Positions 13,777 through 22,653 of a stretch of DNA of 64,000 bases are shown piece after piece. The notes below the pieces were generated by a model. It ran no database searches. It saw nothing but the letters and a program-made list of their open reading frames with translations, and was not told where the DNA came from. The translations under genes and the position numbers were made by a program. The DNA lies in contig CAWCDI010000001.1 in the NCBI GenBank assembly GCA_963794415.1, positions 754,262 to 818,261 on the forward strand, read 5' to 3'. The DNA is from an uncultured Actinomycetes bacterium. Its GTDB lineage: Bacteria; Actinomycetota; Thermoleophilia; Gaiellales; JAICJC01. Position 1 is the stretch's first letter; each line of letters opens with the position of its first letter.

Positions 13777-14037
13777 CTAGCTGTTGTCGGGGTCGGGCGG
13801 CGGCGGATCGTCGTCGAGGAAGATGCCCCGAGGCGGCCAGTCGTCCTGCGCATCGCACCTGCTGGTGCAGTGAAGCGACGCGATGTTCTGCAGCGGCACC
13901 AGGATGTGCCCGTTCAGCTCGATGTGGGCGACATCCTCGACGTAGCAGTACGCCGTGAGCACGCCGTCCTGATATTCGCCGCCGAAGAGCGCGAGCTCAA
14001 CCTGCTCGCCCTTGTACTTGGATGTGTAGTCCTCCAC
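13777..14037 (-). CDS. Small acidic hypothetical protein with a proline/aspartate-rich tail
   Basis: 86 aa from a GTG start. GC3 is very high in this frame and low in the overlapping + ORF. Lies 10 nt downstream of the histidine phosphatase gene. Confidence 0.6.
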   Translation of the reverse strand: MEDYTSKYKGEQVELALFGGEYQDGVLTAYCYVEDVAHIELNGHILVPLQNIASLHCTSRCDAQDDWPPRGIFLDDDPPPPDPDNS

Positions 14038-14047
14038 GGGGCGAAGT

Positions 14048-14683
14048 CTAGATGAGGTCGGTGGGATCGAGGTGGCCGGTGTCGTTGAACGAGCTCACCC
14101 GCAAGCCGCTCGGAGTCCACGTCATCTGCGAGAGCGACCCGTTGGTGGGCCCGGGGGCCAGCACACGGCCGGCCCGAGCCAGTCCCAGCGCCTCGGACGC
14201 GAGCGCTCTGATGGTGCCGCCGTGGCAGATCACGACCACCACGTCACCGTCGTCGTGCGCCTCGCAGATGCGCTCCACGGTGTCGGTTGACCTGCGCTTC
14301 AGCGTCGCGAAGGTCTCGCCGCCCGGATATCCGGTGCCCGCGTCCTCGCGGTATGCGAGGTAGCGCTCGGGAAACTGGGCCTCGACCTCGGCTCTGGTGA
14401 ACCCCGTCCACTTGCCGACGTCAACCTCTCGCACGCCCGGGGCCGGGACCGGCTCGAGGCCGGTGGCCGCCTGCACCTCGGCGGCCGTCTCCCAGGCCCG
14501 CGCCAGGTCGCTCGAGTAGAGCGCCGTGGGCGCCAGGGACGCGATCCGGGCTGCGAGCGCGACTGCCTGCTGGCGGCCGGCGGCGTTCAGCGACCGATCG
14601 GCGTGCCCTTGCCAGCGGCCCTCGCGGTTCCAGTCGGTCTCGCCGTGGCGTCCCAGGAGAAGTCTGATCATGCCCGCAATCAT
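14048..14683 (-). CDS. Histidine phosphatase family protein (phosphoglycerate-mutase-like)
   Basis: RHGETDWN catalytic motif at the N-terminus, and ...ICHGGTIRA. The start may instead be ATG 14671. Confidence 0.85.
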   Translation of the reverse strand: MIAGMIRLLLGRHGETDWNREGRWQGHADRSLNAAGRQQAVALAARIASLAPTALYSSDLARAWETAAEVQAATGLEPVPAPGVREVDVGKWTGFTRAEVEAQFPERYLAYREDAGTGYPGGETFATLKRRSTDTVERICEAHDDGDVVVVICHGGTIRALASEALGLARAGRVLAPGPTNGSLSQMTWTPSGLRVSSFNDTGHLDPTDLI

Positions 14684-14707
14684 ATTGTCGGAGTACCATG
14701 CGCCGGG

Positions 14708-15475
14708 ATGGACCTGGAATTATCTGGACTGAGAGCGATCGTCACCGGCGGCAGCGCGGGCATCGGCCTGGAGACTGCCAGGCTGCTCGCCGCGGAGGGC
14801 GCCTCCGTGGTGGTGGTGTCCAGGCATCCCGAGGTCGGCATCGACGGCGTCACCGGCATCCCCGCTGACCTCGCGACCGCCGACGGCGTGCTCGAGGCGG
14901 TCTCGTCGGCGGTCAGCACGCTCGGCGGCCTCGACATCCTGGTTAACAACGTCGGCGTGGCGAACATCTCGAAGTTCGAGGCGGTGCCCGACGACGACTG
15001 GCAGTCCGCCTGGGATCTGAACGTGATGAGCTACGTGCGGTGCATCCGCGCGGCGCTCCCGGATCTGCGCAGCTCGTCCAGCGCCGCGATCGTGAACGTG
15101 TCCTCGACCTCCGGGAAGCGCCCGAGCACCGGCATGCCGGCCTACTCCGTCACGAAGGCCGCGGTGCTCTCGCTCTCTCGTCTGGTGGCCGACACCTACG
15201 CGCGTGACGGCGTGCGCTGCAACGCGGTGTGCCCTGGCCCGACGCTCACACCGGCCTGGCTCGACATCGGCGGCCTTGCCGATCAGAACGCCGCCGACTC
15301 CGACCGCAGCCGCGACGAGGTGCTGAAGGCGGTCGGCGCGGGCCGTCCCGCCGGCCGGATGGCCGAGCCCGCCGAGATCGCCTCGGTGATCGCCTTTCTC
15401 TGCTCGCCGCTCTGCGGCTTCGTGACGGGTTCTGCATGGAGCGCCGACGGCGGCACCGTGCCCATCATCATCTAG
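14708..15475 (+). CDS. SDR family oxidoreductase
   Basis: ATG 14708. TGGSAGIG cofactor motif, NNVG, and the YSVTK catalytic Y-x3-K. Confidence 0.85.
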   Translation: MDLELSGLRAIVTGGSAGIGLETARLLAAEGASVVVVSRHPEVGIDGVTGIPADLATADGVLEAVSSAVSTLGGLDILVNNVGVANISKFEAVPDDDWQSAWDLNVMSYVRCIRAALPDLRSSSSAAIVNVSSTSGKRPSTGMPAYSVTKAAVLSLSRLVADTYARDGVRCNAVCPGPTLTPAWLDIGGLADQNAADSDRSRDEVLKAVGAGRPAGRMAEPAEIASVIAFLCSPLCGFVTGSAWSADGGTVPIII

Positions 15476-15502
15476 CTCCCTCGCTACACTCGAAGGCTCT
15501 CG

Positions 15503-16477
15503 ATGACCCATCCCCACGGCCCCGTATCCGACCAGTTTGCCGCGCGCATCGCGGACCACGAATCGCGCTCGCTCAGCCCGCTTGCGGTGCGTTCGTACGG
15601 CACTGCAGGACGCGTGCTGCCCGACGAGGACTGCTCGCTTCGCACCCCGTTTCAGCGCGATCGCGATCGCATCGTGCACTCCAAGTCGTTTCGCCGCCTG
15701 AAGCACAAGACGCAGGTGTTCATCGCCCCCCAGGGTGACCATTTCCGCACGCGCCTGAGCCACACCCTCGAGGTCTCGGGCATCTCGCGCGGCATCGCCC
15801 GCGCGCTTCGCCTCAACGAGGATCTGGTGGAGGCCGTCGCGCTCGGGCACGACCTGGGGCATGCGCCGTTCGGCCATACCGGTGAGGAGGCGCTCGACAG
15901 CGCGCTTCGCCCGTACGGCCTCGAGTTCCACCACAACGTCCAGTCGCTGCGCGTGGTGGAGGTGCTGGAGCGCGACGGCGCCGGCCTGAACCTCACCGCC
16001 GAGGTGCGTGACGGCATCCTGAACCACACGGGCCCCGGCACGCCGGCCACGCTCGAGGGCCGCATCGTCCGCGTCGCCGACCGGTTCGCCTACCTCAACC
16101 ACGACATCGACGACGCGGTGCGGGCCGGCATCCTCGATCCCGCGACGCTGCCCGCGCGGCCCATCGCGCTCATGGGGGACACGTCGTCGCGGCGCATCGA
16201 CATGCTGGTGCACGACCTGGTCGAGACGTCCGAGGCCGCCGGTGACATCCAGCAGTCGCCCGTGTTCGCCGAGGCGCTGCTCGAGCTGCGCGCGTTCATG
16301 TTCGACCGGATCTATCTCGGGCCTCTCGCGCAGTCGGAGAACCACGACGCCGCCGCCATGGTGGAGCAGCTCTTCAACCACCACATCGCCTCGAACCCGG
16401 ATCCGGTGGCGGTCACCGACTGGATCTCGGGGATGACGGACAGGTACGCCGTGCGGGCCTTCGTGGAGCTGCAGTGA
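15503..16477 (+). CDS. dgt: dGTP triphosphohydrolase-like HD-domain protein
   Basis: FQRDRDRIVHSKSFRRLKHKTQVF and HD motif (LGHDLGHAPFGH). Sits in the conserved position upstream of dnaG. Confidence 0.85.
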   Translation: MTHPHGPVSDQFAARIADHESRSLSPLAVRSYGTAGRVLPDEDCSLRTPFQRDRDRIVHSKSFRRLKHKTQVFIAPQGDHFRTRLSHTLEVSGISRGIARALRLNEDLVEAVALGHDLGHAPFGHTGEEALDSALRPYGLEFHHNVQSLRVVEVLERDGAGLNLTAEVRDGILNHTGPGTPATLEGRIVRVADRFAYLNHDIDDAVRAGILDPATLPARPIALMGDTSSRRIDMLVHDLVETSEAAGDIQQSPVFAEALLELRAFMFDRIYLGPLAQSENHDAAAMVEQLFNHHIASNPDPVAVTDWISGMTDRYAVRAFVELQ

Positions 16478-18195
16478 CCCGCATCAAGGACACGAGCGTG
16501 GAGGACGTGCGGGCGGCGGTCGACATGATCGACCTCGTCTCCGGCCGCACCACGCTGCGGCGCTCCGGCAGCCGGTACGTGGGCCGGTGCCCGTTCCACG
16601 ACGAGCGCACCGCGTCGTTCTCGGTCGATCCGGTGAAGAAGGTCTACCACTGCTTCGGGTGCCAGAAGGGCGGCGACCACATCGGCTTCGTCGAGGAGAC
16701 CGAGGGGCTCGACTTCGTGACCTCCGTGGAGTGGCTGGCCGACCGCTACGGCGTGAAGCTCGAGTACGAGGACTCGACGCCCGAGGCGCGGAAGTCGCGT
16801 GAGCAGCGCGACCGGCTCCTGCGACTGCTCGACGACTCGGCGGTGTTCTACACGCGGTTTCTGTGGGAGACGGGGGAGGCCGAGGGGGCGCGCACCTATC
16901 TCCAGGAGCGCGGCATCACCGAGGAGACCGCAAAGACGTTTCGCGTGGGGTACGCGCCGGGCGCCCGCAACCGGCTGTGCGCGGCGGCGATGAAGAAGGG
17001 CTTCACCTCGGTCGAGCTCGACCGGGCCGGGCTCTCCCTGCGCGGCGGCACCGACCGCCTGCGCTCCAGGGTGATGTTTCCCCTGTCTGACCCTCAGGGC
17101 CGTGTACGCGGCTTTGGCGGTCGTCAGATGCCCGGCGGTGAGCCGCCCAAGTACAAGAACTCCCCCGACGGGCCGGTCTTTCGCAAGTCCGACATCGTGT
17201 ACGGGCTGGATCGCGCCCGCCAGGCCATCGCGAAGGCCGGCGCGGCGATCGTCGTGGAGGGCTACACCGACGTGCTCGCGCTGCACCAGGTCGGCCTCGA
17301 GAACGTGGTCGCCTCGATGGGCACGGCGCTCACTGCCCAGCAGGTGAACGAGCTGAAGCGGCTGTGCTCGACCCTGCTGCTGGCGTTCGACGCCGATGCC
17401 GCCGGTCAGGAGGCGTCGGTGCGGGGCATCCAGCTCGCGCTGCAGCAGGGCATCGTGGTGCGGGTGGTCTCGCTGCCACAGGGCCGCGACCCCGCCGACG
17501 TCGCCCTCGCCGATCCCGAGGCGTTTCGCAAGGCGGCTGACGAGGCGGTCGGCTACCTGACGTTTCGGGTCGACCGGATGCTGGGTCAGAAGGCCAGCCG
17601 TGACGAGGTCTACGGCCAGGTGCGCACGGTGCTTCAGGCTGCGGCGCCCAGCGTCGAGCGCGACGAGGTGGTGCGCACGGTCACCGACCGCCTGGGGCTC
17701 CAGCCCGACCTCGCAAGCGGGCTCACCGCGGCTCCCGACCGGCCCGTCGCATCCAGCGCCCAGCGACGTATCCGGCGCACGCCGTGGGAGAACGATGCGC
17801 GGGTCTTCCTCGGCATGTGCCTCGCGCTTCCCGACTCGGCTGGTGGCGTTCTTCACGAGCTGGATGTGGCAGACTTGGGTGACACGTCGCTGGGGGAGGT
17901 CGCGACGTATATCCGCCGGGACTTGGCGGGAGAATCTTCGCCTGAGGAGGCACACAGGTGGGCACCGCTGATCGCGGAGTTGGGCGCAATGGCGGCTCGG
18001 GAGCAGCCCTCGACGAGGGTCCTCGAGGAGCTCTCGTGGAAGCTCCGCCTGCATTCGGTGGACGCAGCGCTAAAGGACAGAGCACGAAACGCCGACGAGT
18101 TGAGTCAGCAGGCACAGCTCCAGGAGCTGCAGCAACTGCGTCTCTCCTATCTGGAGAGGCTCGAGTCAGTCCGCGCGCAAGCGCCCGATCAGTAG
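16474..18195 (+). CDS. dnaG: DNA primase
   Basis: Zinc-ribbon motif [13 protein letters not shown]...YHCFGC and TOPRIM ([11 protein letters not shown]). GTGA overlap with the dgt stop. Confidence 0.92.
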   Translation: MTRIKDTSVEDVRAAVDMIDLVSGRTTLRRSGSRYVGRCPFHDERTASFSVDPVKKVYHCFGCQKGGDHIGFVEETEGLDFVTSVEWLADRYGVKLEYEDSTPEARKSREQRDRLLRLLDDSAVFYTRFLWETGEAEGARTYLQERGITEETAKTFRVGYAPGARNRLCAAAMKKGFTSVELDRAGLSLRGGTDRLRSRVMFPLSDPQGRVRGFGGRQMPGGEPPKYKNSPDGPVFRKSDIVYGLDRARQAIAKAGAAIVVEGYTDVLALHQVGLENVVASMGTALTAQQVNELKRLCSTLLLAFDADAAGQEASVRGIQLALQQGIVVRVVSLPQGRDPADVALADPEAFRKAADEAVGYLTFRVDRMLGQKASRDEVYGQVRTVLQAAAPSVERDEVVRTVTDRLGLQPDLASGLTAAPDRPVASSAQRRIRRTPWENDARVFLGMCLALPDSAGGVLHELDVADLGDTSLGEVATYIRRDLAGESSPEEAHRWAPLIAELGAMAAREQPSTRVLEELSWKLRLHSVDAALKDRARNADELSQQAQLQELQQLRLSYLERLESVRAQAPDQ

Positions 18196-18209
18196 CAGGC
18201 CAATTTTCC

Positions 18210-19154
18210 GTGTCAGAGTTCGCTCCGGACCCCGGTGGAGAGGCGGCGGCGTTCGACCCGCCCGTCGATTCTGAGGTTGAAGTAGAGGTTGAGACTGACC
18301 TCGGCTCGCCCGCCCCCGCAACGACCGCCCTCACCGAGGACACGGTTGGCATGTACCTGCGCGAGATCTCACGCGTCCCGCTCCTGACAGCTGCCGAAGA
18401 GGTGTACCTGGCCAAGGCCTACGAGCGTGGCGACCAGGCCGCCCGCCGACGCCTCATCGAGTCGAACCTTCGCCTGGTGGTGTCCATTGCCCGCCGCTAC
18501 TCCGGCCGCGGCCTGCCGTTCCTCGACCTCATCCAGGAGGGCAACGTCGGCCTGATGAAGGCTGTCGAGCGCTACGACTGGCGGCTGGGGCACAGGTTCT
18601 CGACCTACGCGACGTGGTGGATCCGCCAGAGCGTGACGCGCGGGCTCGCCGACAACGGGCGCACCATCCGCGTCCCGGCGCAGGTCGTCGACACCATCAA
18701 CCGCATGGCCCGGTTCGACCGGCAGCTGACCCAGAAGCTGGGCCGCGCGCCCACCGAGGAGGAGCTTGCCGAGGAGCTTGGCGTGAAGCCGGCCAAGGTG
18801 GCCGAGCTCCGCCGCGTCTCGCAGGAGCCCGTCTCGCTGGCTGTGCCCGTGGGCGAGGACTCGACCGAGCTCGGCGAGCTGCTCGAGGACGAGCGCCAGC
18901 GCACGCCCGACGGCGAGATGGCAAACAGGCAGCGGCACTCGAGCGTCACCGAACTGGTGGCAGGACTGCCGTACCGCGAGCGCACCATCCTCGAGCTCCG
19001 CTACGGGCTCAACGGCAACAGCTCGCATACGCTCGAAGAGGTGGGCCGCCGGTTCGGCGTCACCCGAGAGCGCGTGCGCCAGATCGAGACCCGCACGTTG
19101 CGCCGGCTCGCCGACAAGGGCGAGACGAGCGAGCTGCGTCATCTCATCGACTGA
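18210..19154 (+). CDS. rpoD: Primary-type RNA polymerase sigma-70 factor
   Basis: GTG 18210 lies just after the dnaG stop. Regions 1.2-4 are present ([58 protein letters not shown]). Confidence 0.88.
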   Translation: MSEFAPDPGGEAAAFDPPVDSEVEVEVETDLGSPAPATTALTEDTVGMYLREISRVPLLTAAEEVYLAKAYERGDQAARRRLIESNLRLVVSIARRYSGRGLPFLDLIQEGNVGLMKAVERYDWRLGHRFSTYATWWIRQSVTRGLADNGRTIRVPAQVVDTINRMARFDRQLTQKLGRAPTEEELAEELGVKPAKVAELRRVSQEPVSLAVPVGEDSTELGELLEDERQRTPDGEMANRQRHSSVTELVAGLPYRERTILELRYGLNGNSSHTLEEVGRRFGVTRERVRQIETRTLRRLADKGETSELRHLID

Positions 19155-19170
19155 TAAACTTGCGCCCCGA

Positions 19171-19242
19171 TCCGCGGTAGCTCAATGGCAGAGCATCCGG
19201 CTGTTAACCGGAGGGTTGTAGGTTCGAGTCCTACCCGCGGAG
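19171..19242 (+). tRNA. tRNA-Asn (anticodon GTT)
   Basis: Folded by hand: acceptor TCCGCGG/CCGCGGA, anticodon loop CTGTTAA, T-loop TTCGAGT. CCA is not encoded. Confidence 0.93.
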
Positions 19243-19425
19243 CTCGATGACGGGGCGGCACGCCCGCCCATCTCCGGCCAGGCGCGGCCAGCAATCGTGC
19301 GGTTCAGGGGCGTGTCGCCGAGAGGAACTCGAGGGCGCTCGCCGAATCGCTTGGCATGTCCAGGCGATCCAGAATGTGGTGCTGGGTGACCGTGGCGCTC
19401 CTGCGCGCCGTCTCGTAGGTCTCGC

Positions 19426-19536
19426 TCAGCGCCGCCCGAGCCCGCGTCGCGACGCGCACTCGTCGCAGAACCGAAACCACCAGCGAACCGGGCGGCGGCA
19501 GTCCTTGCACGCGTGTCTGAGGGCGGGGGCCTTCAT
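19426..19536 (-). CDS. Possible 36-aa four-cysteine zinc-ribbon peptide, perhaps the N-terminus of a frame-split 77-aa protein ending at 19304
   Basis: MKAPALRHACKDCRRPVRWWFRFCDECASRRGLGRR, too short for the ORF track. GC3 is high. Downstream coding signal continues in a shifted frame (LSETYETARR...LEFLSATRP, stop at 19304). Confidence 0.3.
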   Translation of the reverse strand: MKAPALRHACKDCRRPVRWWFRFCDECASRRGLGRR

Positions 19537-19574
19537 CGCCTCTTGAACCTAGTGCACGCCGGCCACTGGTCGCC

Positions 19575-20159
19575 TCACCCTTTTCGGCGAGGGAACCCCA
19601 CGGGTTGATGGTATTTCTCGGTGTCGGTCGCCTCTGCGAGGTCGTCGATCAGCGCGCGCGGAGGTGTCTCGCGGCAGTCGTTCACCGTCACCCCGTAGGC
19701 CGCGAGATCATCGCGCACCCGGTCGAATCCGAGGCCGTGAGCGATGTGGTAGTCCATCTGGGGCAGCCAGAGCTCGGCGGGGTAGCCGTGGGACGCCCGC
19801 CAGCCCTCCGTGCCCTCGACCACCTCGCCCCAGAGCGACACCCTGCCGACCACGTGGTAGTGCACGCGCGGGCCCGCCACCGTCCAGCGGAAGTAGTGCC
19901 CGAGAGGCCCCGGCGCAAAGAGGCCGTACACGCCGCACGTGCAGCCGTCGGCGGGCGGCTGGTGGCGAGGGCGGCGCACCCGCCAGGGCCGGTGGCGGTC
20001 GCGGTGGCGCACCTCGCACTCGGCCGTGAACGCGGCCCCGGGCTCCCACAGCTCGAAGTGCACGGGGCTCATCAGCCGTGCGTCGCCCTCGTGCATCACC
20101 ACCGTCCAGATCCGCCAGCCGGCCACCGGCTCGACGTAGTCCGGCGGCAGCAGGCTCAC
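19575..20159 (-). CDS. Conserved-looking hypothetical protein with a C-x-CGVYG motif
   Basis: GTG 20159 (VSLLPPDYVEPVAGWRIWTV...DGCTCGVYGLF...VVGRVSLWGEVVEG). GC3 supports this frame only from about 20160 downwards. Confidence 0.6.
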   Translation of the reverse strand: MSLLPPDYVEPVAGWRIWTVVMHEGDARLMSPVHFELWEPGAAFTAECEVRHRDRHRPWRVRRPRHQPPADGCTCGVYGLFAPGPLGHYFRWTVAGPRVHYHVVGRVSLWGEVVEGTEGWRASHGYPAELWLPQMDYHIAHGLGFDRVRDDLAAYGVTVNDCRETPPRALIDDLAEATDTEKYHQPVGFPRRKG

Positions 20160-20299
20160 GGCCGGGGTACCGCCCCTGTCTTCCCGGGCCTGGCGGCCAC
20201 CGGCGCGGGCTCGGCCGCCGGCGGCTTCGAGTTCTGCAACGGCACAGGCGTCTGGATCAGCTCGACCGTGAACCTGCGAACCGTGTTTCCGATGTTCAT
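20156..20299 (-). CDS. 47-aa upstream ORF coupled to the 19575..20159 gene, or its frame-shifted N-terminus
   Basis: GGGGGAG-N4-ATG at 20299. High GC3 (MNIGNTVRRFTVELIQTPVPLQ...). Its TGA overlaps the downstream GTG (GTGA). Confidence 0.45.
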   Translation of the reverse strand: MNIGNTVRRFTVELIQTPVPLQNSKPPAAEPAPVAARPGKTGAVPRP

Positions 20300-20392
20300 G
20301 GTGCTCCCCCAACTGCTCGTATCCGATGCTTTCTAGCACGTCGCCCGGGCCCCGATGTGACGGGGGCGGAGACGATCGGAGAAGATACGGTG

Positions 20393-20746
20393 ATGTCCGT
20401 CCGCCGGATCGTTCCCGATCTCCACGCCGCCGATCCCGCAGCCAGCCGCGAGCTCTTCGTCGACGTCCTTGGACTCGAAGCAGTCATGGATCTCGGGTGG
20501 GTGGTGACCTATGCGAGCCCCGATGCACCGGCGACGCAGATCAGCGTCATGGCCGCAGACGCCGCCGCGCCGCTCCAGCCGGACGTCTCGATCGAGGTGG
20601 GGGACGTCGACGCGGTGCACGCCGCGGCGGTCAGCCGCGGATACGAGGTGGTCTACCCGCTCACGGACGAGCCGTGGGGCGTTCGCCGGTTCTTCCTCCG
20701 CGCGCCGGGCGGAGCGGTGCTGAACGTCCTGAGCCACCGGGCGTAG
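20393..20746 (+). CDS. VOC / glyoxalase-bleomycin resistance family protein
   Basis: ATG 20393. 117 aa with family-like sequence (LFVDVLGLE..., DEPWGVRRFFLRAPGGAVLNV). Confidence 0.7.
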   Translation: MSVRRIVPDLHAADPAASRELFVDVLGLEAVMDLGWVVTYASPDAPATQISVMAADAAAPLQPDVSIEVGDVDAVHAAAVSRGYEVVYPLTDEPWGVRRFFLRAPGGAVLNVLSHRA

Positions 20747-20786
20747 CGCACGGGATTCAGGCCGGGAACTTCGTTACACTTCTCGC

Positions 20787-21284
20787 GTGGCCCGTGTCCG
20801 ACTCCCCGGGGGCCAGCGCTATGACGTCGCGGCCCAGTACTGGATGCCCAGCCTCACGGCTGTGGTGCTGCTGTTCATGGGCGGCTGGTTTGCCGCGAAC
20901 CTGGCCAAGCCTGCGGCCGCCGGGGGCGCCTTCGTCACCACGATGACGGTGAAGGGCAAGGTGGTGCGCGTGCACGGCCGGGCGGTGCGCGTCCTGGTGC
21001 CCGCCCATACCCTCGTCAAGCAGGGCAGGGTGATCACGATGCCGGCGAGCACGATCAACCTCACGCAGACCCAGACGCAGACCCAGACCCAGGTCTCGCA
21101 GGTCACGTCGCCCACGGTCACCGGCCTGGTGACATCCACGGTCATCGTGCCCACCACGGTCACACAGACGGCAACCGCAGCAACGCCGGTGACCGTCACC
21201 GACACCGTTCCGCCGGTGACCTCCACTCAGACCGAGACGACCACCGTGACGACGACGGTCACCTCGAGCGCCGCCACGAGCTGA
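20787..21284 (+). CDS. Membrane-anchored Thr/Val/Gln-rich low-complexity protein
   Basis: One N-terminal TM segment (LTAVVLLFMGGWFAANL). The C-terminal half is T/V/Q-rich and includes (TQ)5. Confidence 0.6.
   Translation: MARVRLPGGQRYDVAAQYWMPSLTAVVLLFMGGWFAANLAKPAAAGGAFVTTMTVKGKVVRVHGRAVRVLVPAHTLVKQGRVITMPASTINLTQTQTQTQTQVSQVTSPTVTGLVTSTVIVPTTVTQTATAATPVTVTDTVPPVTSTQTETTTVTTTVTSSAATS
21063..21092 (+). repeat. Five tandem ACVCAG hexanucleotide units encoding (Thr-Gln)5
   Basis: ACGCAG ACCCAG ACGCAG ACCCAG ACCCAG, read directly from the sequence. Confidence 0.9.
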
Positions 21285-21304
21285 CCGGCTCGGGGCACGC
21301 GAAA

Positions 21305-21343
21305 GCGCGCCTCAAGGGGGGCACGACCGCCCGAGGCGCGCTG
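21305..21343. terminator. Hairpin between two convergent genes; likely terminator for flp
   Basis: Perfect 10-bp stem AGCGCGCCTC/GAGGCGCGCT with a 19-nt loop. On the minus strand it is followed by TTTCG. Confidence 0.4.
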
Positions 21344-21361
21344 ACGACGAGAACGCTCGGC

Positions 21362-21532
21362 CTAGAGCTTGGTGATGACCGACTTGAGGCTGTTCGAGAT
21401 CGCGGTCGAAAGCAGACCAAGGGTCGCCACGACGGCAATCGTGATCACTGCCAGCACGACGGCATACTCGGCCATCGTCTGGCCTTCGTCGCGGCGCATC
21501 GCGGCAAAGAGATCGCGGATTGGCTCCAGCAT
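21362..21532 (-). CDS. flp: Flp family type IVb pilin
   Basis: AGGAG-N8-ATG at 21532. 56 aa with the Flp processing motif and hydrophobic core: ...DEGQTMAEYAVVLAVITIAVVATLGLL. Confidence 0.8.
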   Translation of the reverse strand: MLEPIRDLFAAMRRDEGQTMAEYAVVLAVITIAVVATLGLLSTAISNSLKSVITKL

Positions 21533-21759
21533 TGAAACAACTCCTAGAGAAGGACAGGGGATTTTTGGGTCGTGACCGACCCGGAACAAAGAAGACGTAC
21601 CTGTCCTCCATCGGACGTGCGCGTCAAAAACTGAAACCCCATTCAGAAAAATCCCCCGACCGGGTGCTCAAGAACGTGCGCGATTGAACGAGGAGCGCAT
21701 TCGAGTTCGCCGCCGCGCCGAGCCTCATGGAGCGGGCCCTGGCTGCCGATGGAGAGTGC

Positions 21760-22623
21760 ATGAAGTTCCAACGCCTCAGCCGCCGTGCGGTGTGGGCCGC
21801 TCCGCTGGCAGCAGTGGTGCTGGCCGCAGGATGTGGTGGCGGCTCTACCGCCGATCCGGCCGCGCTCATCGCTTCGGGAAAGGCCGCGCTGAAGACTGCG
21901 CACTCCGCCGGGTTCGACGTGAAGCTCTCGCTGCAGACGCAGGGGCAGGCCGCCGCCGAGGGCGCGCTGCTGCGCGGCCCCGTGACGATCGAGCTGAAGG
22001 GCCACGCCGGCAAGACAGGCGGGACCCGCGCGTTTGACGCGACGTTTGCGGTGGACACCTCCGCCGCCAGCATCAAGGGCGAGGTCATGTCTCCCGACGG
22101 CAAGACCGTCTACCTGAAGGTGCCGCTCCTCGGCGATACCTGGCAGTCGATTCCCGTCAGCTCCGCCGGCCGGTCGGTGACCACCACCAGGCTCGACCCG
22201 AAGCTCGCCGGGCTCGATCCGGCGAAGTGGCTGAAGAACATCACCGCGACCTCGGGCGACGGCAACGACACAGTCTCGGCCGACCTCGACACGGCCGCGA
22301 TCGCAGCGACCATCCTCAAGGGACTGCCGCAGGCCGATGCCGCCGCCGCGCGGAAGGAGATCGCGCAGCTCACCCGCGCGATCGACGTGGCGCACGGATC
22401 GGTGTCGTTCGACAGCTCGTCCCACCTGCCGAGCGCCTTCACCGCGCAGCTCACGGTGACCGTGCCGCCGGCAATGGCCGCGCAGGCGAAGGGCATCACC
22501 GGGTTCGACCTCCAGATCGACGCGACCTTCGACGACTGGAACCAGCCCGTCGAGGTGACCGCTCCGGCGGGTGCCAGGCCGCTCGACCTGTCGCGGCTCG
22601 GCAGCCTCACCCCGGCGCTCTAG
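21760..22623 (+). CDS. Lipoprotein of unknown function
   Basis: ATG 21760. Signal peptide with lipobox: AAPLAAVVLAAGC. Confidence 0.75.
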   Translation: MKFQRLSRRAVWAAPLAAVVLAAGCGGGSTADPAALIASGKAALKTAHSAGFDVKLSLQTQGQAAAEGALLRGPVTIELKGHAGKTGGTRAFDATFAVDTSAASIKGEVMSPDGKTVYLKVPLLGDTWQSIPVSSAGRSVTTTRLDPKLAGLDPAKWLKNITATSGDGNDTVSADLDTAAIAATILKGLPQADAAAARKEIAQLTRAIDVAHGSVSFDSSSHLPSAFTAQLTVTVPPAMAAQAKGITGFDLQIDATFDDWNQPVEVTAPAGARPLDLSRLGSLTPAL

Positions 22624-22653
22624 AAGTCGGCGGCGGCTGCCGATAGCCGAGGC

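Noticed and set aside
14720-18054. Long minus-strand ORFs (554 aa and 580 aa) antisense to the SDR, dgt and dnaG genes
   Set aside because: Same shadow-ORF signature. The plus-strand genes carry clear family motifs.
21063-21092. Tandem repeat as a possible CRISPR or minisatellite
   Set aside because: The units are 6 nt, have no spacers, and sit in frame inside a CDS. It is simply a (TQ)5 coding repeat. No CRISPR-like array exists anywhere in the window.
19171-21700. Integrated prophage or genomic island at tRNA-Asn
   Set aside because: No integrase, recombinase or phage-like gene is present, and I could not find a direct repeat of the tRNA 3' end by eye. I kept this only as a small-ORF curiosity.
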